A stretch of DNA of 64,000 bases from an uncultured Gemmatimonadales bacterium (GTDB lineage: Bacteria; Gemmatimonadota; Gemmatimonadetes; Gemmatimonadales; GWC2-71-9), in NCBI GenBank assembly GCA_963697435.1, contig CAVOOB010000005.1, forward strand, positions 55,377-119,376, in the 5' to 3' direction. A model generated the notes under the pieces. The model had not been told where the DNA came from, did not search any database, and saw only the letters and a list, made by a program, of their open reading frames with translations. The position numbers were made by a program, and so were the translations under genes. Positions 29,825 to 41,169 of this stretch are shown here, piece after piece (position 1 is the first letter of the stretch; the number at the start of each line of letters is the position of its first letter).

Positions 29825-30019
29825 CTACATCAGCCGGGCCGTGTCACGGGCCATCACGCTGTCGGCAGACGGGCTCTCTACCACGCCCGGCGCCGGCCCC
29901 GTGCTGTCGCTGACCGAGGGCACCGCTGCGCTGTCTGCCGGTGTCTGCACAGCCGGTGGCGAGTCACGCCCACAGGAAGTCACCACGGCCAGCCCCGCCA
30001 GCAGAAACACCCTCCTCAT
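29825..30019 (-). CDS. small lipoprotein (64 aa)
   Basis: Track ORF 29825..30019. It has a signal peptide and lipobox (MRRVFLLAGLAVVTSC) with GAGGG upstream, and lies 7 nt downstream of the preceding gene. Confidence 0.55.
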   Translation of the reverse strand: MRRVFLLAGLAVVTSCGRDSPPAVQTPADSAAVPSVSDSTGPAPGVVESPSADSVMARDTARLM

Positions 30020-30026
30020 ATCGCCC

Positions 30027-30686
30027 TCACTCTCCAGACTCGATTGGTATCACGCTCTCCCCGGCCCAGCCCAGCCTGCGCACACGGTCCACGACGACAT
30101 CCCCCGCCCCGCCGTACCCCAGCAATCCAGTATTGAGCACCAGGTGATAGTGAGCCGGGTCGGCCCAGTCGCGGTCATAATACTCGCGATGGTAGCGCTG
30201 CCGGTTCCTGTCGGTGTCATCCATCAACCGCTCCGCCTCTGCGAGCCCGACGGTGTGCCGGCCCATGACGGCGCGAATCCGGTCCGCCCGGGGTGCGATG
30301 ACACGCACGTGAAGTGCGGCCTCCGTCCGTGACAGCACCGCCGGCGCCGCGCGCCCCACGAGGACGACCCGGCCTTCGGCGGCCAGGTCCGCCACGACGC
30401 TCTCGGTCACCCGGACCAGCGCGGCCTCCTCACGCTCCGCTGGCGGAAGGGGCGTTGGAGGCGCAATGAGCTCAGGCGCGGCGCGCGAGAGGGCCCGCAG
30501 GAGCCACTCGCGAAATCCGGGGGCCCGCTCGTCGCGCATGGCAACCGTCGCTTCCGGCATGCCCGCGCGCGCCGCCACGCGTGCGACGAAGTCGTTGTCG
30601 ACCACTCGCCAGCCGAGGGCGCGGGCGGCGTGCTCCGCCACGAGCGAACCGCCGGCACCGAATTGACGTGAGATGGTGATGAGCAT
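30027..30686 (-). CDS. cytidylate-kinase-like family protein
   Basis: This is the last 219 codons of track ORF 30027..32108, from ATG 30686. MLITISRQFGAGGS carries the P-loop typical of the cytidylate_kin2 family. Confidence 0.7.
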   Translation of the reverse strand: MLITISRQFGAGGSLVAEHAARALGWRVVDNDFVARVAARAGMPEATVAMRDERAPGFREWLLRALSRAAPELIAPPTPLPPAEREEAALVRVTESVVADLAAEGRVVLVGRAAPAVLSRTEAALHVRVIAPRADRIRAVMGRHTVGLAEAERLMDDTDRNRQRYHREYYDRDWADPAHYHLVLNTGLLGYGGAGDVVVDRVRRLGWAGESVIPIESGE

Positions 30687-30709
30687 CGCCAGTCCGTCGG
30701 GAGAGGAGT

Positions 30710-31940
30710 TTATACCGCTACAGGAACGGCGGGACGGCGCGCGCTCCGCCATGCCAGCAGGGCCGCGATCGAACAGATACCCCCGCCCACCGCAAGCGAC
30801 GTCGGCACGCCGAAATGCTCCGACACCCACCCGGCCTGGAGCGCGCCCAGGGGCGCCATTCCAACCACCATGAAGGAATAGAATCCCATGACGCGTCCGC
30901 GCAGGTGATCCGGCGCCTTCGTCTGAAGCAGGGTGTTGGTGAGGATGCTGGTCAGCGCCCATGCACATCCCGCCAGGGTGAGCAATGCCAGCGCCGGGCC
31001 GAACTGGCCGACGAGGCTGGTTGCCACGAGCACCGAGCCGAAGAGCGTCGCGAAGACGAACACCCGGCCCTCCTGCTGTACCCGATGACCCATCGCTGCC
31101 ACGAACAACGCGGCGGCCGCAGCACCCACGCCGACGCCGGACATCAGGACGCCATACCCTGTGGCACCGGCCCCGAGCACCTGCGACGCGTAGACCGGGA
31201 AGCATCGGGGCGAACGAGAATCCGAAGACGCTGAAGGTGATCGTCAGAAGTGTCAGGAGACGGGGCTCCGCCGTGTGCATGACATATCGCCACCCGTCTC
31301 CGAAGGTCGAGCGCCCGGCGGAGGTCGCGCTGGTCCCGGCAAACGGCGGCCGCATGATGGCCAGCATCCAGAGCACCGCGAGGTAGCTCGCGGCGTTGAC
31401 GAAGAAGCAGGCGGCAATACCAACCGTGGCGATGACCACACCCGCGATGGCCGGGCCGATGACCCGTGTCACGTTAAACACCGATGAGTTGAGCGCGATG
31501 GCGGTCATCAGGTCCTCGTGCCCCGTCATTTCGACGAGGAAGGACTGGCGCGCTGGAATCTCGAACGCCGCCAGCAGCCCCTGCGATGCCGCCAACACCA
31601 TGACCCATCCCACCGTGACACGGCCGGTCGCCGTCAGGAGCGCCAGCGCGAGTGCTTCGAGCAGCATCAGCGTCTGCAGGGTGAGCAGGAATCGCCGCTT
31701 GTTGACCCGGTCGGCCACCACGCCCCCGTAGAGCGTGAAGAGCAGGACCGGCAGCGTGTTGATCGTGGTGACGAGACCGACCTGGAAGGCGGACTTGGTC
31801 AGCTGGAGGACCAGCCACCCCTGCGCCACGGTCTGCATCCAGGTGCCGCTCAGGGAGACGAACTGCCCCCCGAGAAACAGACGAAAGTTTCGGTGGCGGA
31901 GGGCGCCGAAGGCAGGACGCGGAACCGCGACGGTACTCAC
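30710..31940 (-). pseudogene. MFS transporter (EntS/MFS_3-like), one frame break
   Basis: The N-terminal half (FRLFLGGQFVSLSGTWMQ...) lies in the 30027..32108 frame. The C-terminal half lies in track ORF 30710..31180. The break is at about 31197 (CCCGG). The start is GTG 31940, with GTG 31958 as an alternative. Confidence 0.7.
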
Positions 31941-31960
31941 CGCGAGTGCGACCAGCACGC

Positions 31961-33428
31961 CTACTTGACCACTCGCTTGACGAGCTTGCCGGCGGGAAAC
32001 GAACCGTCGGTGCGAAACACCGTTGAGCAAGGCGACCCGTTCGAGCGGGATCGTGGACGGGTACTTCGCGTGGAACGCCGCCATCGTCATCGGCGCGCTC
32101 GTCTTCACGATCTTGATGCGGGCAGGCTGGACGTTGAGCCTTGCGGCGGTGGTCAGCGGGCGGAAGCTGCCTGATCCAGTTCCGCATCGCCGAGTCGTAG
32201 GCCGTCGCCTGCTCGTCCTTGGCGATGGCCATCAGGCGGTAGTTGCGGCCGCCGTAGGTGAGGAAGGCGACGAGCCCCCGCACGGCGCCAGCCGCCGATG
32301 AGTCGCGCTGAAGGGCGCGACACCGCGGGCAGTCCGTTGATCGACGCGGTGCTAGGGGCCCAGCGTGACGCCGTCCTGCGCCATGAACGTCTGCAACTGC
32401 GTCGCGATCGGCTCGGCACTGCCGAGTTCGAGCTGCAGGAGTCCGTCCTGCCGCTCTGCCAGGCCGGTGACCGCGGAGAATCCGTTGTTGGTGCTTCCAG
32501 CCGGCGGGAAGACGACCTCGAACTTCAAGCTCCGGATGGTAGAACGCCTGGCCGTCGAAGTAGCCCTGTCGGGGATCGTCCCCATACACCATGCCATCGA
32601 GTTGTCGGATGTAGCCGTCGCGATCCCACTTCAACGCCGCATAGTCGACCTTGGCGCTGTCGATCATGTGCTCGTGTCTGGGCGAGGCGATTCTCGGGAT
32701 AGGGGTGGGTGACCGCCCATGCCGGCAGGCGCTCTTGACCGCTGGCCGACTGCGACCCCCTGCAACATCGTGAAGAGATCGAGCATCGCGTGAGGATCGT
32801 AGCCGGTGCGTAGCGAGTACCTGAAGCCGAGCATGTCGGCCTGGCTCTCGTCGTCACGCGTGTACTTGAGGAAGAGGAGCTGCAATCCCGCCCCGACCGC
32901 GCCGATGTAGTCCTGCAGGTCGGGACGGAGGACCGTACCGAGCCCAAGTCCCAGCTGCGCCAGCTGGGCCCGGCTCATCTGGGAGGCCGAGTGGCGCGCC
33001 GTCACGTGACCGATTTCGTGGCCCAGCACTCCGGCCAGTTCGGCCTCGGAATTCATGTTGCGCCAGGATGCCGCGCGTGACATAGATGAACCCGCCGGGC
33101 AACGCGAAGGCGTTGACCTGCGGGTCGTCGACCACCGTGAACTGCCAGGGAAGTTGCGGACGTTCCGACATGGCGGCCAACTGCAGGCCCAGCGTCGAGA
33201 CGTACGGCTGCCACACGGGGTCCTGGTACGGTCCCATCTGGACGGCGACCTGCTCGGCCGCCTGGATGCCCATCGCGATCTCCTGGCTTTCCGACACCAG
33301 GCTGAACTCGTTCTGCCCGGTCGCGGGGTTCATGGCGCACCCCGCCACCAGCGACCAGGCCAGCGCCACACTGAGGCGGCGTGTGGCCAGGTCCTGTGAT
33401 GCGCGCTCGAGCGCGCGGTGTGATTCAT
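31961..33428 (-). pseudogene. M48-family Zn metalloprotease lipoprotein, about 9 frame breaks
   Basis: It has the HEIGH motif (track ORF 32664..33083) and the lipobox LVAGC (ORF 32854..33369). The C-terminal domain pieces lie in ORFs 32525.., 31474.., 32352.., 32153.. and 30027..32108. ATG 33428 shares one base with the S46 stop (TGATG). The stop TAG at 31961-31963 is reached only in yet another frame. Confidence 0.7.
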
Positions 33429-35540
33429 CAGTTGCCGGTCATCTCGTCGGCCAGCGATCCGGCGCCATACACGCGCCGCAGCGCCTCGATGATCGCCCGG
33501 CTGTCCACCCACACCGCGCGCGCCACCCGCTCGGTGTAGAGGAACCGGTTCGGCAGCATCTCGATATTGCCGTCGAAGATCAACCCCACCACTTCGGCGT
33601 CGCGGTTGATGATCGGGCTGCCGGAGTTGCCGCCGATGATGTCCACCGTGCCCGCCACGTTGAACGGAGTGGCCAGGTTCAGCGAATCACGATACTGGCA
33701 CCCAGCGAGCCGTCAGGTCGAACGGCGAGACACCGTTGAATCCCGCGGACCGGTCGTACAACCCATAGAACGTGGTGAACGGCTGCGCGATCGTGCCGTT
33801 GTACGGGTAGCGCAGGATCTCGCCGTCCGAGATGCGCAGGCTGAAGGTGGCGTCTGGGGCAACGCTGTTGCCGAACACCGCCAGCAGCGCGCGGGCCACG
33901 AGTTCATCCTGCTCCGCTTCCGTGTCGGCCAGTTCCGTCCACTGGGCATTCACCGCCCGGTCGAGGGGGTCGATGGTGGACGCGAACTTGATGAACGGAT
34001 CCTTCGACGCAGCGATGGCCTTCGCGCCGCCCTTGGCGAGTGCCTCGCGCTGGGCTGCCGTGGAAATCTTCGAGCCGCGGACCATCGCCGTCGCCGCATC
34101 GGCTGGGCTCCGTCCCTGCAGCGCGGCCTGCAGGACCGGGTCGCCGGCGGGCAGCGCGGCCTGCATCGCCTCGAACCACTGCGTCAGCAGCAGCCGCTCC
34201 TGCAGCGTGTCGATCGGCGTGGTAGAGCCGAGGGCACGGGCAACCACCTCCTTGCGTGAATCCTGGAACAGCGGCAAACGTGCCGAGTCCGGCTTGGCCG
34301 CCTCGGCAGGCATGCGCACGATCACGCCCGCCAGCTGGAGGAGTCGCGTCCCGTAGGCGTTGTAGGAATAGAACCGGCGCTTCGTGTCGAGCTGGCGCAT
34401 GGCGCTGCGCGCCTGCTCGATCTGCTTCCACGGATCGCCGTACGCCTTCTGGTGGTCGGGGTTGTTGCTCACGCCGTAACGGAAGTTGGTTTCCCAGGTC
34501 TTCTTCTGGGTCATGAGCGCGGGGTCGAGCAGGCCTGACTGGTAGCCGCCGTGACCGCCTTCTGTGAATTCTCCAGCCCGAAGATCCGGTTGCGGAGCGC
34601 CTTGCCCCGCTCATCATCCATGCCCGACAGCTGCTGATACACGGCGATCTGCCGCTTGTAGCCGTCGAGCGCCGCCGGATAGGTGAGATCCCTCAGGAAT
34701 TCGAGCTGTGACATGGTATTGAGCCGGCCCGTCGAGCCGGGATTGCCCGTCACGAAGACGAGGTCCTTCTCCTGCGCGCCCGTCTTTGCCCACTTGAAGA
34801 ACTCGGTACTGGCGGGCTTCCCGTCCACATACGCGCGGAGCATCGCCATATCGAGGTCGTAACGGGGATACGTGAAGTTGTCCGGATCCCCACCGAAGAA
34901 TGCCGTCTGGCTCTCGACGGCGAACACGAGTCGGAGGTCGGAGAACCGCCGGAAGCGGTACAGCATGTACTTGCCGCCGCGATACATCGTGACGACCTGG
35001 CAGGCCGTTTCGGGAGACGCCTTGCCGCAGGTCGCCTCGATCTGGTCAATCGCCTCAGCGCGCCGAGTGGCGGCCACCGTGGGGGCTCGCGCCGGCCGGC
35101 ACCGCCTTGGCGACCTCAGCAGTCACGTCGGTGATCTGCTGCAATTGGTCAATGGTCAGCCCCTGGCAGACCCGTTCGTCCTCGCGCTTCGGTGCGTAGA
35201 AGCCATCCCCGAGCAGGTCTTCTCCCGGCTTCGTGGCGGACTCCACGCAGGCACGCGCACAGTGATGGTTGGTCATGATCAGCCCCTCGGGCGACACGAA
35301 CGACGCCGAGCAGCCGCTGTTCATCCGGAGCGAACTCAGCCGCACATGGTCGAGCCACTTGGGGGAGGCCTCGAAGCCGTAGCGCTTGGCCCAATAAGCG
35401 AGCGGCGGCTGGTCGAAGGTCCACATCTTCCCGGTCTCGAGCCCCGGGTACTCGCTCGGGGCCCAGACGTCCTGGGCGGTCAGCGGGGCGGCCATCATGA
35501 GTCCGAGAATGGCCAGCAATGGAAGGAGACGACGAGACAT
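33428..35540 (-). pseudogene. S46 dipeptidyl-peptidase (DPP7/DPP11 family), three frame breaks
   Basis: It has a signal peptide (MSRRLLPLLAILGLMMAAPLTAQD), the catalytic His context TNHHCA and the catalytic Ser context GGNSGSP. The gene is spread over four track ORFs (35055.., 34511.., 33687.., 33428..). Breaks lie at about 35085, 34555 and 33705. Confidence 0.8.
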
Positions 35541-35599
35541 GAGCAACTCCACGACGAGTTAGGGAGAGGCCGCCGTCGGGCAGCCGAAGACTGGACGGA

Positions 35600-36160
35600 T
35601 CAACGAGGCCAGAGCCAGCCGAACACCCCGGCCGTCACCAGCCCGAAGACCAAGCCGTCGAACATCTCGCGGGCGGTGCTCCCCCAAGAGCGGGAAAACC
35701 AGACAGACCCCGGCACCAGCGCCGCCGCGTAGGCGAGCGTGGCCACGGTGCCGACCACCCGGAACACCGAAAGATAGGGCGCCCCGGCCGGCAAAGTGTG
35801 AGCGGCCAAGTAACCGACCATGAAGGAAACGCCAAGGGTGTACAAGAAGTACTGCCCCAGCGACTTGCCCATCTTCGGACGACCCGGCGCCCCCAGGATG
35901 AGGAAGCCCATCGGTCCAGACTCGGCCTTCGCCAGCCAGGCGGGATCCTTCATGGCGGCCTTGGAGTCGCAGTGCGGAAAGTTGTACTGGCCGATGCCCA
36001 CGCCCGAATTCCGCAGGGAGGCCAGGAGGGCGTCTTCATCGGGCAACTTCTTCCAATCGCCACGATGATGGGGCAGGACCATCCACATCACGAACCCACC
36101 CACATGGATGAGAACCGCGGAGAGGACGATTGGGAGCCAAAGATCAGCCAGCGTGACCAT
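35600..36160 (-). CDS. hypothetical integral membrane protein (about 5 TM)
   Basis: Track ORF 35600..36160 with GGAGG upstream. It has several hydrophobic helices. I recognised no family. Confidence 0.6.
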   Translation of the reverse strand: MVTLADLWLPIVLSAVLIHVGGFVMWMVLPHHRGDWKKLPDEDALLASLRNSGVGIGQYNFPHCDSKAAMKDPAWLAKAESGPMGFLILGAPGRPKMGKSLGQYFLYTLGVSFMVGYLAAHTLPAGAPYLSVFRVVGTVATLAYAAALVPGSVWFSRSWGSTAREMFDGLVFGLVTAGVFGWLWPR

Positions 36161-36198
36161 GAGACCTCCAGGAGGGGCGAGGGGATGGCCCCGGGCTG

Positions 36199-36495
36199 TC
36201 AGAGCGCGTCGAGGCGTTCGAGCCCGATGACCGGCTTCCAGTGCAGAAGTTCATACGATGCGACGCCCGACGTGGTGAAGGGATCGCCGTCTCTCACGCG
36301 CGCGAGGGCCACAAGGGGGTCCTCCTCCGGCGGGAACCGGAGGAGGAGCGCACCACCCACCCGGGGGTCGAAGGGCCCCGATGCCAGCAGGACACCCGCG
36401 GACTCAAGCTCACGCAGGTAGGCCCGATGGGCGTCGATGTGTGTCAGGATCTGATCGAGGGGCTTCAGATACCGGATGATCGCCAAGGCATACAT
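36199..36495 (-). CDS. YciI-like protein
   Basis: Track ORF 36199..36495, 98 aa. It shows the YciI-like pattern (HIDAHRAYL...SGPF...DPF). Confidence 0.65.
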   Translation of the reverse strand: MYALAIIRYLKPLDQILTHIDAHRAYLRELESAGVLLASGPFDPRVGGALLLRFPPEEDPLVALARVRDGDPFTTSGVASYELLHWKPVIGLERLDAL

Positions 36496-36533
36496 CCCCT
36501 AACGATCCACCTCTGTTCCGCCGCCGCAAGGGG

Positions 36534-37049
36534 TCACCTGCCGCCACGCACCTCGAGCAGTTCCACCTCGAAGACCAGGGTTGCGTTTCCAGGGATGCCG
36601 GCGCCCGCACCACTCGCGCCATATCCGAGCTGCGGCGGAATGACCAGGAGTCGCTTGCCGCCCACCCGCATCCCCGCCACCCCCTCATCCCAGCCCGCGA
36701 TCACCCGCCCCTGCCCCAGCGAAAACGAGAAGGGCCGGCCCGCGTTCTTGCTGCTGTCGAAGAGATTGCCATTGGCCAGCCACCCGCTGTATTCCACCAC
36801 CGCGACCGACCCCCGGACCGCCTCGGCACCGGTGCCCTCGGTCAGGTCCTTCCAGTAGAGCCCGCTCTCGGTCCGGGCCATCATGTCGATGTCGACGTTC
36901 AAGCTGGGCGCGTAGGTCAGCGTCTCGGGCGCGCCCACCACGGCACTCTTGTCCGTCTTGGACTGTGCGCCGAGGGGCTTCGAACGGACCGTGTCGAGGG
37001 TGCAGCCCGTGAGCACGACGAGGAACAGAAAGAGAACGGCACGACGCAT
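36534..37049 (-). CDS. FKBP-type peptidyl-prolyl isomerase lipoprotein
   Basis: Track ORF 36534..37049. It has the lipobox LTGC and the FKBP core (GRVIAGWDEGVAGMRVGGKRLLVIPPQLGYG). Its ATG shares one base with the SulP stop (TGATG). Confidence 0.85.
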   Translation of the reverse strand: MRRAVLFLFLVVLTGCTLDTVRSKPLGAQSKTDKSAVVGAPETLTYAPSLNVDIDMMARTESGLYWKDLTEGTGAEAVRGSVAVVEYSGWLANGNLFDSSKNAGRPFSFSLGQGRVIAGWDEGVAGMRVGGKRLLVIPPQLGYGASGAGAGIPGNATLVFEVELLEVRGGR

Positions 37050-38842
37050 CAGGAACTCCTTGAGAGATGGGAGCGGGCGAGGGCAAGGCCCTCCTCCAGC
37101 GTGGGGGCAAAGGCCAGCCGCCCAGGCACGGGCGCGATGCCAACCCGCGCCATGAACTTTGCGGGCTGGGCCTGCACCCGCACAAGGACTACAAGTGTAT
37201 GATCCCGATCCAAGCGTGCCAGCGCCGACTCCAGGTTGACCATTCCGGTCGCATCGATGACCGGCACCGCTCCCAGCTCCAGCAGAACGACGCCTGCCTC
37301 ACCGGCGCTCGCATGCAGCGAATCCATCGCCTTTTCGGCGGCCCCGAAGAATAGCGGACCTGCAATTTCATACAGCACCACGCCCGTGGGAAGCGGCTCC
37401 CGGAGCGCCGGATGCTGTCCGTCCTCCACCAGCCTGGTCCCCGAGAGGTCGGCCATGCGGCGCATGAACAGCACCGCGGCGAGCAGAACGCCAGCCGTCA
37501 CCGCCACGGTCATGTCGAAAACGACCGTCAGGAAGAAGCAAGTGAGCAGGACAAGTGCGTCGCTCCGGGGCGCCACCCGGAGCACCCGGAGCACGTGCGG
37601 CAGGTCGCTCATGTTCCAGGCCACCAGCAGCAGCAGCGCGGCCAGCGACGCCATTGGCAGGGCGCCCAAGAGCGGCGCCAGGGCCAGCATGGCCGCCAGG
37701 ACCACCACGCTGTGGGTGATCGCCGCTACCGGCGAGCGTCCCTCCGCCCGAAAGTTCGTCGCCGTGCGCGCGATGGCGCCGGTAGCGGCGAAACCGCCGA
37801 AGAACGGGGCGATCAGGTTGCCAGTGCCCTGCGCCATCAACTCCGCATTCGGATCGTGCCGCGTCCCCGCCATACCATCCGCCACGACCGCGGAAAGGAG
37901 CGACTCGATGGCGCCCAGCATCGCGATGGCGAAGGCACTCGGCAGGAGGTCCTGCAACAGGCCGAAGCTAAGGGTCAGCGGCGTCCCCCCTGCGCCGGGC
38001 ATCTGCCAAGGCAGGATCGGCATCGGCGGCAACCGGGGAATCCCGGTGTGCACGACCCCGCCCACCAGGTATTGGAACCGGCTCCCGATCGTGGCTACGT
38101 CGAACCCCGGGACCACACGCCGCAGGGCATCGACCCCGACCGCCACCGCAACGAGGGCCACGAGCGGGCCGGGAATCTTGGTCCGGAACCGCGGCCACCA
38201 CACGAGGATCGCCAGGGTCGTGGCCCCCACGACCGCCTCCTCCCAGCGCGCGCTCGGGATTGCCGCGACAAGCCCGCCGACCCGGTCGACAAAATGTTCG
38301 GGCGCGCCCGCGGGTGAGAGGCCGAAGAAGTCCTTCAACTGCAACACCGCAATCACCAGCGCGATGCCCGCGGTGAACCCGGCCGTCACCGGCAACGGAA
38401 TGAACTGGATCAGCTTGCCCATCCGCGCGACGCCGAACCCCACGAGAATGGCGCCCGCCATCATCGTGGCGAGCAGGAGGCCTCCGATCCCGAACCGATG
38501 AACGATCGGCACCAGGATGACGACGAACGCCGCGGTCGGGCCGGAGACCTGCAGTCGGGAGCCGCCCAGCGCGGCGATCGACGGCGCCGGCGACGATCGC
38601 GGTATACAGCCCGTGCTGCGGAGGGACCCCGGCCGCGATGGCGAGCGCCATCGAGAGAGGCAGGGCCACGACTCCCACGACGAGGCCCGCCAGCAGGTCG
38701 TTGCGGAAGTCCCTGCGAGAGTAGCCCTCGGCCAGGGCCTCGCGGAGCGCGAAGGCAGGTCGAAGCTGCAACTCGGGCAGGTCGTGCGCGCCTGCCGGAA
38801 GCGGGAATGGCGGGAGCCGCCTGGCTCGCTGGGGTTGCTCAT
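37049..38842 (-). pseudogene. SulP-family anion permease with C-terminal STAS domain, two frame breaks
   Basis: ATG 38842 overlaps the DinB stop (ATGA). The first TM region ([44 protein letters not shown]) lies in the frame of track ORF 37968..38942. The remainder lies in ORF 37049..39064. Breaks are at about 38817 and 38580. Confidence 0.75.
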
Positions 38843-39380
38843 GCCGGGAATCCCGCGGCCCGCTGGATCCGTCGGACCTGGCGAGCGTGGTGTCCGATGT
38901 GCTCCGGCGTTGAAGGTCACGCCCTTCCCGACCGTCACCCAACCCCCGATCGGGTGCCGGAACCGTGCGGCGCCGGCCTCCTCCTCAGTGATCGACTCGA
39001 GAAAGGCCCCCAGCCCTCGCCGCGCCTCCATCCAGCGCGCTCTCCAGTTCCGCGAGGGCCACACTCCCGGTCGGAAGCACCCGCGCGACCGGCACTTTGA
39101 CCCGCAGGGCCGACTTCATGACAAGGAGCACCAGCGCCATCCGGATGCGCGCGACCGGCGTGACGGTGGTCCCGGGCGGCGGCCCCTTCAACATCCCCAG
39201 GAGGCTCTTCTCTTCCGCCAGCACGAGGTGCTCGGCCACGTCGAGCATCGACCAGGATGCCCGGCGTCGGGGCGGAACGAACGCTGTGATTCGCTGGAGG
39301 AGCGAATCGGCGTCGAGGAACGACTCGCGCGCCTCGTCCAGCACGGCCAGTCGTCTGGACAGGTCAGGAAGCATCGCCAT
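38839..39380 (-). pseudogene. DinB-superfamily protein, two frame breaks
   Basis: It starts MAMLPDLSRRLAVLDEARESF, with the middle part [28 protein letters not shown] and the tail [21 protein letters not shown], each in a different frame. Breaks are at about 39035 and 38905. Its ATG shares one base with the upstream TAA (TAATG). Confidence 0.6.
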
Positions 39381-40632
39381 TATTTCGCCTGTTGAGGATG
39401 CCAGGCGACGGCGCACACCCAGCCCCGCGGCCCGGCCCGTCGCCCACGCCCAGTGGAAGTTGAAGCCGCCAATCGGCCCGAACGCGTCCAGCACTTCACC
39501 GCAGAGAAAGAGCCCCGGGGACCGGCGGCTCTCCATCGTGACCGGATCGATCTCGGACAGGGCGACACCACCGCCCGTGACCTCCGCCTTCCGATAGCCC
39601 TCGTCACCGGAGACCGGGAGCGGCAGCGCAGTCAGCGCCGTCAGCAGCGACTCCCGCTCCTCGCGCCGCAACTGCGCCAGGGTCCGATCGGCCGGCACTC
39701 CGGCTTCCTCGAGGAGCGCCATGGCGAGTCGCTCGGGCAGTTGCCGGCGAATCACCGTGGCCACCTGCGTCGCGGCCCGCCGACGTTGAACTCCCGCTCC
39801 CAGTCGGCCCGCGTCAACGCTCCCCAACGCGCGAGAATTGCCGGACGCTCTCCCGGGCGCGGCCGCGTGAAGAGATGGGAAATATTGAGCACGGCAGGAC
39901 CGCTGAACCCGCGATGGGTAAAGAGAAATCCCTGTGGCGGGAGAGTAGCTCGGCGTCTCCGGCGGTGCGCTCAGCTGCGCATCCAGCGACACCCCTGACA
40001 GCTCGGTCCACCGGGCGACGCCCGTCGTCAACGGCGTCAGTGCAGGATAGGTCGGGTGCACCGTATGCCCGAGCGATTCCAGGAGCCGCAGTCCCGCCCC
40101 GTCGCTGCCGGTGTTCGGTACGCTGAGTCCACCGGTCGCGACCACGACGGCTCGGGCGCGTAACAGCATACCGCCGTCGAGAACAACCTCCCAGCCATCC
40201 CCCGCCGGCGCCAGACCCACCATCCCGGGTCCCAAAACGGATCTCGGCCCCAGAGGCGCGCGCATGCTCGACCAGCCGGTCCCGCACGTCGCGCGCGCGA
40301 TTCGAGGCGGGGAAGAGCTTGCCGGACTACTCCTCGAGGACGAGCGGCAGGCCCAGATCCTCCTCGAAGAATCGGCGCTGTTCCTCAAGAGGCCAGCCGC
40401 GCAGGATGTTACGGAGAGAATGTGGAGACGAGTCGGTGACAAACCATTCCGCCTGCACCTCCGAAGGAAGGATGTTGCACCGCCCGCCACCGCTGATGAG
40501 GATCTTGCGCCCGCCGTCCCGGGTGCGCTCGAGGAGCACGACGCGATGCCCCTCACCAGCCGCAAATGCCGCGGCGAGCAGTCCCGCCGCCCCGGCGCCC
40601 ACCACCACGACATCGACTTGGCCGTCCGTCAT
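39380..40632 (-). pseudogene. HI0933/YhiN/BaiN-like FAD flavoprotein, in-frame TAG plus about 4 frame breaks
   Basis: It starts MTDGQVDVVVVGAGAAGL and has the GGGRCN motif. There is an in-frame TAG at 40327-40329 (LVLEE*SGKLFPAS). Breaks lie at about 40225, 39945, 39790 and 39410. The FTHRGFSGPAVL block sits in a third frame. Confidence 0.7.
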
Positions 40633-41169
40633 TCCGCCAGCACGGCATACACGACGAGGTCCTCGAATACTCCCCACTTGAGGACGTGCTGACGAAGGAC
40701 CCCCTCCTGTTGCATGCCGAGTTTCTGCATGACCCGACCGGAGGACGGATTGCGGGCCATGTGGCGGGCCATGATGCGATGCAATCCGAGCGAGGCGAAC
40801 CCGAAGTCGACGATCGCCCGGCTGGCCTCCGTCGCGTACCCGAGACCCCACCAGGGAACGCCGATCCAGTACCCCAGCTCCGCGCGCCTGTCCGCCATGG
40901 TCAGACATCAGGCCGACGGCTCCGACGAGCGCAGGGTCAGCAGGTGTCGTGACGGCGAGGGTCAGCACCTTCCGCTCCGCCCAGCTGGCGGCATGCGTCG
41001 CAATCCATTCCTCGGCGGCTCCGTCCGGATAGGGATGCGGCACGTTGAGCGTGCCGGACGCGATCTCCCGGTCACCGGCCAGCCGCTGCACGTTTGCGGC
41101 GTCGCCCAGCCGAAAGGGACGGAGGACGAGCCGTTCGGTCTTCAGCGTCGGAATCGGTGCCTCGGTCAT
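40629..41169 (-). pseudogene. GNAT N-acetyltransferase (RimJ/RimL-like), one frame break
   Basis: The N-terminus is MTEAPIPTLKTERLVLRPF. The C-terminal half (ELGYWIGVPWWGLGYATEA) lies in track ORF 40629..40898. The break is at about 40900. There are ATGA overlaps at both ends. Confidence 0.7.

Noticed and set aside
30027-32108. 693-aa ORF taken as one protein
   Set aside because: It is a chimera created by frame breaks. It joins the tail of the M48 protease, the N-terminal half of an MFS transporter, an out-of-frame stretch and a complete cytidylate-kinase-like gene.
38985-40613. 542-aa ORF taken as one protein
   Set aside because: It is a chimera of the central part of the yhiN-like flavoprotein and most of the DinB-like gene. 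The true boundary, TAATG at 39380, is reached in another frame.
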